A DNA stretch of 64,000 nucleotides from Lama glama (taxonomy: Eukaryota): assembly GCA_028534125.1 (NCBI GenBank), contig CM052818.1:31126001-31190000 (forward strand), in the 5' to 3' direction. Under the pieces are notes generated by a model. That model was not told where the DNA came from, did not search any database, and saw only the letters and a list, made by a program, of their open reading frames with translations. How positions within the stretch are numbered: position 1 is the first letter of the stretch; every line of letters begins with the position of its first letter. Shown here piece by piece: positions 36,201 through 48,200 of the stretch. Position numbers and translations under genes: made by a program.

Positions 36201-39200
36201 ACCTCTTATTGCAGCTGGGACTCAGATCCACAGCTGTGCTGGAACCAGCTCCAGGGCACTGGTTCATCAAAGACTATGAGAACATCTTCTTTGTTTTGTC
36301 GCCACTGACATCTCTGTCTTGGTCTCCATCTCTGTTTTCAAAGTGTGTCCCCGCCTGGATGCAACAGCCCCACATCTGGGACATCCAGCTGTGGGCAAGG
36401 CCTGGTGGATAGCTCCCTGTCACCGCCGAGCAGATGATTGATCGCATTCACCCAGCTTTATTCTGAGCCCACCTGTCAGAGACTTGCCTGTGACTTACTG
36501 AAGCTGTAAGCCCTATTGCTTATCCAGTGCAGGGGAGACCAATGAACAAACTCCAAAAAGCTGGCTTTGTTATGAATTTTCCTCATTTGGCGATGTCCCC
36601 AGGTGAACCATTAAGAGTTGAATGCTGAGGCTGAAAATAGTCTGTTTCGGAGGGGAACATCTGGTTCGTTTGCTCTGTTAGCAGTTGCAGCGCCAGCCCA
36701 CTTTATTCCTGCTGCTCTGAAGGCCGGGCCAGCTTGTCGTGAGGAGAGCAGGGCCAGAGCTAGGCTGTAACTGCTCAGTCCTGAGCAACCTCACCGTTCA
36801 TTCGGCCTCCAGGCGTCCGCCCACACCATCCCTGCCGTCTGGGATGCCTTCCCTGTCTCCTTGTCTCCAGCTGGAATCCTGCCTCCTCCCTCAGACCTTC
36901 AGCTCCCGGCAGACTCTCCTTCCCCATCACAACACTCTGCATCTCCCATTCTCCTTTGGTGTTCAGCATCCACTCCCCCTACCTCCACTGTGTACACAAG
37001 GTGGACCTGTGGGGTCCATGTGTTGAAAGCTCACAAAGGACTTGTCAAAGTGAGGCAGGAGTTTGTAGCAAAGTCCAGCTGGAACCCAAGTCCCCTTCCT
37101 CCCTGCCTGTATTTTCCTTAATTAACTTGATCTGTGACTCATCTGTCCATGGAGATGACAGGCTGGTCCCCTGTTCACCGACCTGGGCTGGGATTTTGTT
37201 CTGGAAAGACTTCGTTGTGGCGTTGTGGAGGTCATGTGGTGATGGGGGTTTTCTTTTGGCCTGGGCTGGGTGGCCAGGGGCTCCTTCCTGCCACAGTTCT
37301 ACTAAGGCATGTATTCCTCTCTCTCTCCCCTCCAGTTCTGGCAGTGTGGCCAGTGGGTAGAAGTGGTGATTGACGATCGCCTGCCTGTCCTGAACGAGGA
37401 GTACCTATTTGTGGAGCCTTGCAACAAACAAGAGTTCTGGCCCTGCCTGCTGGAGAAAGCCTATGCCAAGTAAGGATGGGCCCACCCTCTGCCCAGGGCC
37501 TGGATACTGGCCCTGCCTGCCTGGCCACTTAACCGGACAGATGCTCCCCACCAGCCAGCCCTAGGACTTTTAGCAGCTCTGCTGAATGCAAGCAGTGCCC
37601 TTGGGAGCATCGGAGCCTTTGCCACCTCCCTAGGCATCCTCTAAACAATCACTGTGTGCAAGTCTGTGTTGGAGCTATTGGGAGGGACCCAGAGACACAT
37701 AGCAAGGGGTAGGCAGAGCAGGGCTGGACAGAGAGAGGCATTGCCTGATACTTTTGCACGGGCTGGTGTACGGGCCCAAATAAAATATAATGTCATGGTC
37801 AAAGTCCACTGAGAGGGCAGAGGAGAGAGAGAACAGTTCTGACTTTCTGACTCACTACGTCAGCTGAGGCTGCACCAGGAGGTGTATTGAGTGAGACCTT
37901 GAAGGATGGGTAGGATTTCAACAGGGGGAGAGGAGATAGGTACATGGGGGAGGCATCCCCAGCAATGGGACTGATTTGAGCAGTGACCCAGGGTCCCCCT
38001 GAGGCTGCGGTGAGACTGCATTTGTGTATCGGGGCAGGGCGGGAGCTGCTGCTTATTATACACTCCCAACACCATGAGTCAGGGGCGACCTTCTGGGGTT
38101 AACAAGCTCAAGGTCTTGTACACTCCCCAAGTCACATGTTTCACAAAGACAATTTGGGTTGCTTTTATTCAACAGATTTTATTGTGCATTTTACCATAGC
38201 CCAGGCACTGTCCTGGGCACTGGAACAGACTCTCAGGCTGGCTCACATGGATGTGTGCATGAGTACGTGTGTGTGTATCAGTTTGTGTGTGTATGAAGTC
38301 GCTGTCATTGAGACCCACACAGGGTGGGGGCATGTCAGAGCTAGAAATCAACACTGGGAGACCAAAGGACAGAGGTCCACACATTTCAGGAGAAAATGAG
38401 TAGCAGAAGGTGTCGCGGAACCAGGTTACCCAAAGATCTTCCTCACCGACCCCTCGTATGACAGTTGGGGAAGCCAAGACTCTGAGGAGGGATGCAATGA
38501 CAGGTATAAGTGGGCAACCTGAGCCTACTGAGGTCTTTGGCCGTTTGACCAAGGGACATCATTGGGCAAGACTAAAGACCCGCCCCGTCCAGTCCTGGGC
38601 CCCGAGGAGTGGTGACAACCCCACAGACCACCCAGTCCCTGTCCTGTGGAGGGCACATCTCAAGAGCTCTTCTTGTGCATCCTTTCTTTTGATACAACTT
38701 GTACAAAACTAAAGCAGTTGCTCATTCCCTGTGTTGGGAAGAGCTGGTCAGTAGCATTTGAGAACGAAGCCCAGATAACGGGCAGGGGGGTTGAAGCATT
38801 CCGTGTGTTTGGGGAGGTTAATTCACTTCTAAGCTACTTATACAAACACTGCCATTATCTTTCCAGGGTGGACTCCACGCTCACCACTCCGGGGCCTCGC
38901 TTTTCCCTTATTGAAAGGGGGTTAGAGCGGCAGTTTACTTGGAGAATTAGAAAGCTCGCAGATGAAATGATGACTTTGACCCCATTTTGTTAACAGCTGA
39001 CCTAAAGCAATCATTCAGCTTGAAAGGAAATGGGAAACTGGACCCAGAATCCACAATCCCCTGCCTGAAGAAATCTAGCGCAGGAGAAAATGTTTCAAAC
39101 ACTGAAGCTACTTAAAAGATTTCCTTCCATCCAATGAAGGAGCTTACAGAACACAGGAGGAAATCAAAAAGAATTATAGTACATCAGAGCTAGACTGGGC

Positions 39201-42200
39201 CTCTGTCAGCATCAAACCTTACCTTCTTTGAAAGATGAGGAAACGGAGGCTCAGTGGGGTGAAATGACTTGCCCAAGGTCAAGGCAAGTGTTTGAGGCCG
39301 AGCTGGGATCAGATCTGTCCTCCCCAGTCACGTGCTTTTCCATCATTCCTTGATACTGTCAGTCCTATAGGAAGAGGATTTGTCTTTTTGCTTCTCTGGA
39401 ACACAGTGTTTGGCACACAGGACGGCAGTGCAAGCGTGGAGAACCCACCCATCCTGGTGGACATGGTCCCCTTTCCCGCCCAGGGTGTAGGCAATACCAA
39501 GTCAACACATGGACTCCAAACTTTCAGCCATCCTTGTGGCTGTGGAATCTGCAGATGAACTGGTCAAGTGAGTCAGATGTGCGGGGAAAAGAGATCTATG
39601 TTTGCAGGTTTTTCCCCCTCAAGGGTCATCGGATAGGAGAGTGGGGAACAAGATCTGGTAGGCTGCATAACATCCTCCCTGGATCTCTGCAGCTCAGAAT
39701 TGCAGCCTTTCAGCAACCTTTCTGGCTGCTATATGACATCTGAATTCTTCCCTCTCCTATCATTGCCAGGCAGGTAGACATTTCCCCCAAATGAGGCTGC
39801 AGTGGAGTTAAGAGAACAAGGAGCTCTCAGAATTCCTGGGATCAGGTGACAAGGCATAGTGACAGATGTGGCAAGCTCAGTGCTCTCTATCTTCCCTTCC
39901 TTTTCCATGTCCTGTGAACAAAGGGGGTAAGAAGAGTTGCCATGTCCCCGAAATGCCAGCGGGATCCATGAGCTCATGTTTGTAAAAGCAGGGTGAGAGC
40001 TCCTTGTCCATACCCTCAGCTGCTGCTGGGACAGGCTTTGTGGGCATCCTGGAGACAGGGAGAGAAGGCTGTGGGGAGCTGAGAGAGGGGGCTGCTGGCC
40101 CTTGCGTTAGGTGTCTCGGTGGTGACTGCGGAAGGGCATGGGTGCACGGCATCAGACCCTGAGGCAGTGGACCTGCAATGATGGGACAGAGCCAGCAGAT
40201 GCTTTTCTGGAAGTGGCTCCGGTGCAGCTCAGCCAGGGAGGGCCCTGAGCATCACCAGAAAGGGGGCATGGCGTTATGGGAGGTCATGCTGGTGGGCTCT
40301 GGAACGGGTTCCAGAACCCTAGTCTGGGTTGACTTCTGGCACCCTCAGCAAAGCCCTCTTAACCTGGGACCCAGAGTCAGGAAGTGTGGGAAATCAAGTG
40401 AGTCAGACACTGAGACCCAGCGCGGCATGACCCTAGCCAAAGGGAAGCTTTGCCATTGACTGAGCAAACAAGCCGGAGATAAGAGTCTAAGACTGACCGA
40501 GCATAACCCCAGTCAGAGAGAGGGAGAGACAGAAAGAGATTTAGAACCAGTTTAGGAACAAGTTGAAATCCATCTGTCACCTGGTTTATGTAGAATGACC
40601 CTCATGTTCTGTGTTTCCTTAGCTTTCGTTAATTCAAGAATCTCTCAGCCATGCATGGCGTTTGTGTCTGGGATGGTGTTTGATCGAGAGTGGTAGCTTG
40701 ATGCGTATTTGCTGGAGTGAGTTTCCATGAACTCTGGGTGATCCCCAGGAGTGATGGCTGAGGTGGCAATGTGGTGAGAGAGGGGTGTCTGAGGTGCCCC
40801 AGAGTTGATCCATCAACCTCACTGTTTCCGGGTGAACAACTGAGGACTGGGAGGGGTCTTGTCTGAGGCCAAGGACCCTCCTGGAGGTGGTGGCAGGGAT
40901 GGACCTACACATGATCCCCGCATGGTTTTGCATTTCTAGAAAGCAAGCCACAGTTGGAGCTTCCCTATGGCCAGCAGCTTGTGAGCAGCTCAGCCTCTGC
41001 TTGCCCCTCAGGGACAGGAACGTTCAGGCCCCTGGCCTGGGGCAATGGTGAGGGACACACCCACTGAGTGGTTTTAACACCAGGAGGCAGGATCTCTTGC
41101 CCAGCTTGGCCTTAGCTCTTTGTTGTTGTGGGTTTCCCCTGCCTATATTTTAGGATTCCATGGCAACCTTTCCAGTTCACCCCACTGACAGGAACATGAG
41201 TACTCAAAACAAATCTGACCTCCTCTGGCCTCTGCTTCAGTGGTTCTTCTTCTGATCGATAAATCCACCCTCTCTCCAGGGGACATCAGTCAGCCCATCA
41301 CTGGCCCCCTCCCACTGTGCTCTTCCGGCTCCAGGAACCTCCCCAATTTGATTCTTCCTCCCCAGAATGCCCGTCCCACTGTGCTAACCCGAATAAAACT
41401 CAACTCAGAGCTGTGTCCCCTCTCAGAAGCCTTCCTGGGGGCCCTAAGGCACTCCCTCCCTTCCAAGGTGATGCACGTGCTCTCATAGCAGACAGACACC
41501 CAAGGAAGGCAGAGCGGCCTGATGAGTGGTTCTGAAGGGGAAGCGTCTCAGTGGGGAGTGCTGTTGTGAAGGGAGTGACAACTTGGGCTGTGGAAGCAGG
41601 GGAGCAGGGACTTGCTGGATCTGTTGATGCCACAGCAAGCCCCCCCCACTGTGAGCAGACACCCTCCATGTGCTGTACGTGCCCCCTCTGGCAGCACCCT
41701 GCAGCTGCCCATTGAGGCTGGCACGTGCCCATTCCCCGGATGAGCAAAGGGGGCCCTTGAAAAATTCAACATCCTGCCTGTGACTGAGAGCTCATGAGAG
41801 GGGAGCCCAGAGTGGGCCTGAGCAGTTTGGCTTTTGAATCTGGAGACTAACTGCCTCGCTCTTAGGGGACGGGCTACTCAGGTCGGGGGAGAATTGGGAG
41901 GAAGGCAGACACGGGGCAGTAAGGACAGGCATTTCTCAGGGTGTAGGTCCAGAAGTAGCAAGCCCGTGGGAGAGGGGGATGAGGTGCTTTGGAGAACAGG
42001 TAGGAGAGCTTTAAGTGGTTTGTCTTGGGGCTGTGTTATGTAAGACTTGTCCCCACCTGTGTTACCTTCAGTGACGTCAACTGCCTGAGGATTCTGGGGT
42101 GAGTGGGTTAGTTCTAGGAATGAATGGGGCTTCTGGATCAGGCTTTGCACAGGGTGAGAGCGGAGGCTGCCTGTGACCATGGTGGGTGTCAGGGTTGTTG

Positions 42201-45200
42201 ACTGCGGGCTCTTAGAGGGCAGGAACGGGGTCTCACCCATCTTTGAACGCTCAGTGCCCAGCAAGAGACCCTGCACATGTAAGTACTTACCGTTGTTGCC
42301 AAACTAAGTGGGAAACAGTGGATCCTCAGGATAATGAGAGCCGAGATTTATTAAAGGCTTCCTGAATGCCAGGCATGATGCTCAGCCCTGCCCTATGAGG
42401 TTAAGTTAACTTGTCCAGGGCCAAACAGCTAAATATCTGGTGAGACTGGGATTAGACCCCAGGCCTGTGGCTCCAGCATCTGCGCTCCTAACCTCTACAC
42501 CAGACTGCCACCTGCAGGGCAGCCCAGGCCCGGGAGACCAGGGGAAGGAAGTGGTAAGGGTGGTACATCACTTTATCTTATCCAGGGGAATGGAAGGTGG
42601 GTGGGTGGCTCTAGCCTGGGGTGAATGGGGAAGTCCTTCGCCCAGGAAGTATGCAGAGGTCTGGTGTGCAACCTTCCTTCCTGGAGGCATTGAAGGCACC
42701 ACAAGGGTTGATCTTTCTTTCGCCCAGGTTTCATGGGTCCTATGTCAACCTGCACTATGGCTACCTCCCTGACGCCCTGATGGACCTCTCGGGAGGGGTG
42801 GTCACCAACATCAGCCCGCATGTCTCCTCGCCTGACCTGGTGATGATGGTGAAGAAGGCAGCCGAGGCTGGCTCCCTGATGACCTGCGGCACCCTGACTG
42901 GGGTGAGTAGAACAGGAATCTCGTTGCAGTGGTCCAAGCCTTTCCTCAGGAGTGTTCAGCCACTGGCCCATTCAGCTAGGAAGGGGAGTGGCCAAGTGGC
43001 TGTCATGGTGGAGCACTGATGCTGTGCTTTACCATCATCATCTCATTTAATCCCCCCAATAGCCCTCCATCTGAAAGAGGGCCTGCAGAATTCACTAGCA
43101 GAGGAGGAAATGGGTTCAGAATGGTTAAGCAAAATGCTCACCATCACACAGCCAACAAGTGGCTGAGCAGGGTTCACATGTTGTCTGACTCTGAAGCCTT
43201 TGCCTAGTGTTTCCCTGTGACCAGGAACAGTGTGATCCGGAGTGGCCGTGGGGGAGGGGTTTGATTCTCACTGGCTCCAAGGGCAGAGCTTGGATGATCC
43301 TCCAAATTATTTGAGTTTGTTCTAAGACAGCCAACGCCCCCCATGAGGACACTTCACTCTTTAAATGTGTGCTGTGAGTCACACATCCCTAGTCTGAAAG
43401 GCCATCTGAAACCTCAGATGCACTTTAAACTCACAGCAAGGAGATGGTGGGTCTTCCTGACTCCTCCGAAATGCCCAGCAGATGTGTTTTGTGTTGTGTC
43501 TCGATGATGAGTGATTGGAGGAGCAAGCAGCCCAGATCCTCAGGACTCAGTGGGATTCTGTCCACCATGAAGTGTTCTCTGGAAGATAAAATGCCTGGAG
43601 CCTCAACCACCCAACAGCCTCCAAACTTTGCCTCTCTAGGAAAGAGCTCCAGGAATATAAGCCATTCTAATGCTGGAATCAGTGGGATGCTTCTCATCTG
43701 GCCACAGCTCAGCTGCTGACTGTATTGTGCTTTTCTGTGTCTTTGAGGAACGTGTGAATGTTTAATGCTTAGTCTGCTTTTCTCCTTTGAAGCCGATGAG
43801 TGAGTCCACGAGGATGGCGAATGGGCTGGTGAGTCGGCATGCCTACACGGTGACCGGGGCTGAGCAGGTAAGGCTCCCTGTGAACACTGTGCCCCAGTGT
43901 GCTCACTCCCCTAAACAGGAGTCAGAATCACGTGCCTCAGTGAGCCCCACAAAGCTGACACGAGTCCTGATCACCCTTGGCCTCCACCATGTCCTTGCCC
44001 ATCCTGGACAACCTCATTTCCTCTTCATCCAGAAGTTCTAGTACCCAGCATCCTCATCCTTCAGGGACCCCCAGAGATCTCACTATCCTTAAATGACCTC
44101 AGACAGGCTGAGTGTCTAGCCAGACAGAGGGATTAACCCAAAGTGAAAGCAGAATTAACTACCCAGTCGACTCTGGGGGAAGTTTTACCCTGAAAGTGTT
44201 TTATCTGTGACGTACCAATCCAACTGCTCCCACAAAGACACTCCAAAATGCAGGGGCTCAAGCAGGATACAGTTCATTTCTCTCTGGGTAGCAGGTGACT
44301 CCAGAGCTGGGAGGTAGCTTCTACCTGTGAGCCCAGGGCAGCTGCTCCAGGTCCCCTCATCTCCCAGCCAGGGGAAGAAAAAGAGGCCGGGGACTGACAC
44401 ACCCAGAAGGAAGGCACATCTCAGTCAAGGCACAGCCCATGTTCTCTCAGATCCCATTAGTCGGGACCGAATCACATGCCACCCAGTGGCCCAAGGATAT
44501 CTGGAAAACAGACCATCTAGTCAGGCCACCATGTGCCCAGCTAAAGCATTACTCCCACGGAAGAGGGGAAGATGGCTCTTCGGGGACAGTCTTTCCCTTT
44601 AATGCCACAACCAACTTTGGGTGGACAAAAATGCATGTTATCACTGTGTGCAGTATCGTTTGGTCCATAAAACATGACCAAAGTCCAGCCTCCTCCACTC
44701 GTAAATGAGAAGCTGAGGCTTGGGAGGGGACAGTCAGGGGGACACAGCTACTTGAAACGGCTGGGCCTAGACACCACGTCTCCTCACTTCCCGTCTCCGC
44801 GTCCCCTGCAGGCGTGCGGGGACACACTCCCTGACCTTGTGATGATCTCCCACAGCTGCTCCCCCATCTCTGTACTTCTCACAACTCACGAGGTCCAATA
44901 AGGTCTCCTAGGCCCTAAGAGACAGTGTTGCAAACTCCAGGGTCCATTTTTCGTGGGTATTTACGAGCCAAGGAATGCAGAGTATCAGGTTCTATTTCTG
45001 GCCTGTGTCTCGTATTTGCCCTCCCTCTCTGGGTGTCAGTCTGTCTCTCCTGTCCACTGACCTGAGGCCGGTTGCTCCATTGTTTTGTGTTTGGGTGACT
45101 GTTCCAATTTGCAAAACAGAGACAACACATGTGTCTCCACCCTGTCTCCCTGAGGAAATCAGCACCAAAATGCTGCCGCTGCCTAGACCTGGAGGAGAGT

Positions 45201-48200
45201 AGGCACCTAATAAATGCTCATTGGATCAATGGGTGAGTGCCCTTGCATGAGTGAATGAATGCCTTTGTCCTCGGCCTGTGAAGATGACATCACTGACCCT
45301 CCATCATAGAATGTATGGAAAGGTCTCAAAAGACATTTCCCACAAGCACCGAAGGGGCCCTGCTAACCCAGGCCAGATGCCATCCCGGTCAGAGCGGCTC
45401 CGGCTGCTCTTCCTCTGGAATCTCCCACGTCTTTCTCCGAATTCTCAGCAGAGACAGACAATACCATCATCACAGCTGGCCACAGCTGGGCATTCAGCTC
45501 TGTGTAGCTCCCCGTCCTGGATGTGGACAAGTCTAGGCGAGGGAGAGTAAATCAGTTTTCTTGTGTGCCGACCTCAATCAATTGGCAGTGCTGCCTGGAT
45601 TACTGTGTTGACAAGACTTTGGCTCTGCTTCCAGATTTGGAAGAAGAGAGCTGTGACGTCTGTGCTGGGCATGGAAGGAGGGGGCCATGGTCCCTGCTGA
45701 TGTGCCTGTCGCTCCTGGACAAGGCCCCCTTTAATACATGGAGACAGCCTTTGTTTATCCTCCGAACACGGGGCAGAAGGGACTTGTGTATCCAGAGGTC
45801 CAGATGGCCTTGGAATATGAGTCCTGCAGCAGCTGGGCATAGGGATGGCAGCAATGGCCGCTTACAGAGCGGCCAAGGAAACGCCTTGGGCCAAGGTCAT
45901 GGATATGAACTCGCGAGTCAAAATGTGGGCTCAGGGGGTTTGGGCTCCCGATGACTTTGCTCACAGCTCAAATGTTTGATTCCCCAGAGCACACACTCTG
46001 AGTTGTTCTTATAATACACAGAGCAGTCTGAATAGGACACCCCCCCCATGATGATAGGTGACAAAGACCTGTCCTGTATGGTCCATCCCTGCCATTCCTG
46101 CCATTCTGTGGCCGCTGGTGCTTCCTAGCAAGTGCTTTAAGGAGCGCCAGCCCGGTTAGATGCTCTGTGAAAGCAATTTTCCAAATGCAGCTCACTGTAC
46201 CCCTATTTGGAGATTCACAATGGATATTAGCCTTTTAAAGGCTCTGAGAAGGCCTGTATTAACAATACAGTTTGGTTTTAATCTACCATTAGCCATGAAA
46301 CCATCTTTTCTAGGAGTAACTATTAACAGCCTATGGAACTAGCATTTAAGAGAATACTTTTAAGGAAATATTATCTGAGGACAGATAACCTAGATCTCCT
46401 CTTGCCCAGTGGTACCCTTTCAGAGAGATCTGACCAGGGTCAGGGTACAGTCAGTAGCCAGGAGAGTGAAGCCAATAAGCCAGCCCAGCCCATTCTCAGA
46501 TGCAGCTGTGATGTTGGCTTCGAATGTGACCCCTGAGCCACCTGGCCATGATCCACATGATCATCAACAGGACACTATCAAAAAGAAGTGACCCTGTTAG
46601 ACAAGGGCCCAAGAACTTGACTTGATTAAAGATTCTTCCTCCAGAAGGAGGAGGTTGTAACTCCGACCACAAGAGCTAAGATTAAACCAGCCCATAAATG
46701 CAGTGTGCTTTTTAATCTGCTCATCCTCCCTCTGGGCGGGACACAGACAGGAAGATAAATGAAATTGGCATGTTTTATTCTGCACCTAGCTGGGGCGGTG
46801 ACTCCCCTGGGCAAGGGGGTGCGTGTTTCTCGGCATGCCTCATTTAGCTCTGTTCTCAGCCCCTTCCAGTCACTGGCCACCCTTCTCCCCTACACCAGCC
46901 TGAGTCCCTGCTCTCCCTGAGGCACTGAGGGTGGCTCATTAAGCACTTTGGGCCACCAGACCACCATTTCTCACATCCCTGTACTATGGGCTTTGTCACG
47001 TGCTCGCAGTTAACAATGCAACGTGTGTAAAGCCTGGAGTGCGTGGGGGTGAGGCAGAGGGGGCACCCCTATGCCACATGACATTAAAAGTCAAAGTACC
47101 TTCCACTGTGGTGTCAGCCATATAGAACTAGACAGAAAAGAACCTCACCCAAGCCGGGTCCTTGGGCCCTCATCTAACTGCATTGCCCCTTCATGGTACT
47201 TCCCTATTGGTGAGCATGTACTGGCCCAGGGGTTACTTGCAAGGTCAGGGTCTCAGCTACATCCGAGAAGGGGCTGGGCCCTAGAGCAGCTGTGTCCTTT
47301 ATCCACTCGCATTCCAAGGTTGAGAGCCTGGGCTTTGGAAACTGGCAGTAGCTGAGATCAGGATTCCTCCTTTGCCACTTACTGTGTGGCCTTTGGAAAG
47401 TTGCTCAACCTCTCTGATGCTCAGTCTCCTCCTCTGCATGATGGGAATTCTATATACATCTAGCTCAGAGGATAGAAGGACCAGCACACGTCACAGTCAG
47501 GCCTGGCTCCAAGTCCTGCCTCCACATACCAGTTTCATTTCCACATGGGAAGAGTCCCCTCGGGGCTTTCGCTGTCTCCTCTGCCTGGAATCACTGAACA
47601 AGTGCCCTCCTTCTGACACCCCTCCAGGCCTCCATCTCCTCAGACAACATTAGCATAGATCAATAGCACCGCTACAACTCAATCATGCTTTAATTCCTCT
47701 CACCAGGCTGAGGCCTCCTGGATCCAGGAAAGTAAGTTCAAAGGGCTGTGATTGTTTTGCTATAACTTTTCAGTGGTCTGCCCTCTGGCCTCAGTGGTCT
47801 GAAGAAGCACATGTGTCAGCCTCCACGAGTCTGGGAGCGATGATGATGCGGTCCCCTGGGGGAGGAAGGACAGCTCAGGCCATGGAGGTGCCTGCTCCCC
47901 GACGGGCAGGGATTGCAGGCTGGGGCTGGCTCAACTCCCGAGTCCTGGTCTTGCTCAGATCAGCCTCCTCTGCTGGCCTCACTCAGGACAGTGCTAGGGA
48001 GACCCCGCACATGTCCCGAGGGGCAGCTGGCAACGAAGCGGCTATTTCTGTGGAAGAGAGATGCTGGCTGTGGCAGGGTGTGTCGGAGGCTGGGGACGCA
48101 TAAAGATCTCCCTTCTGCAGCCCGAGACACCATCCACCGATGTTTATCTGCTGTTAAGTCTCAGCTCACACAAGTTTTAGGATGCAGTCCTACAGAATGA

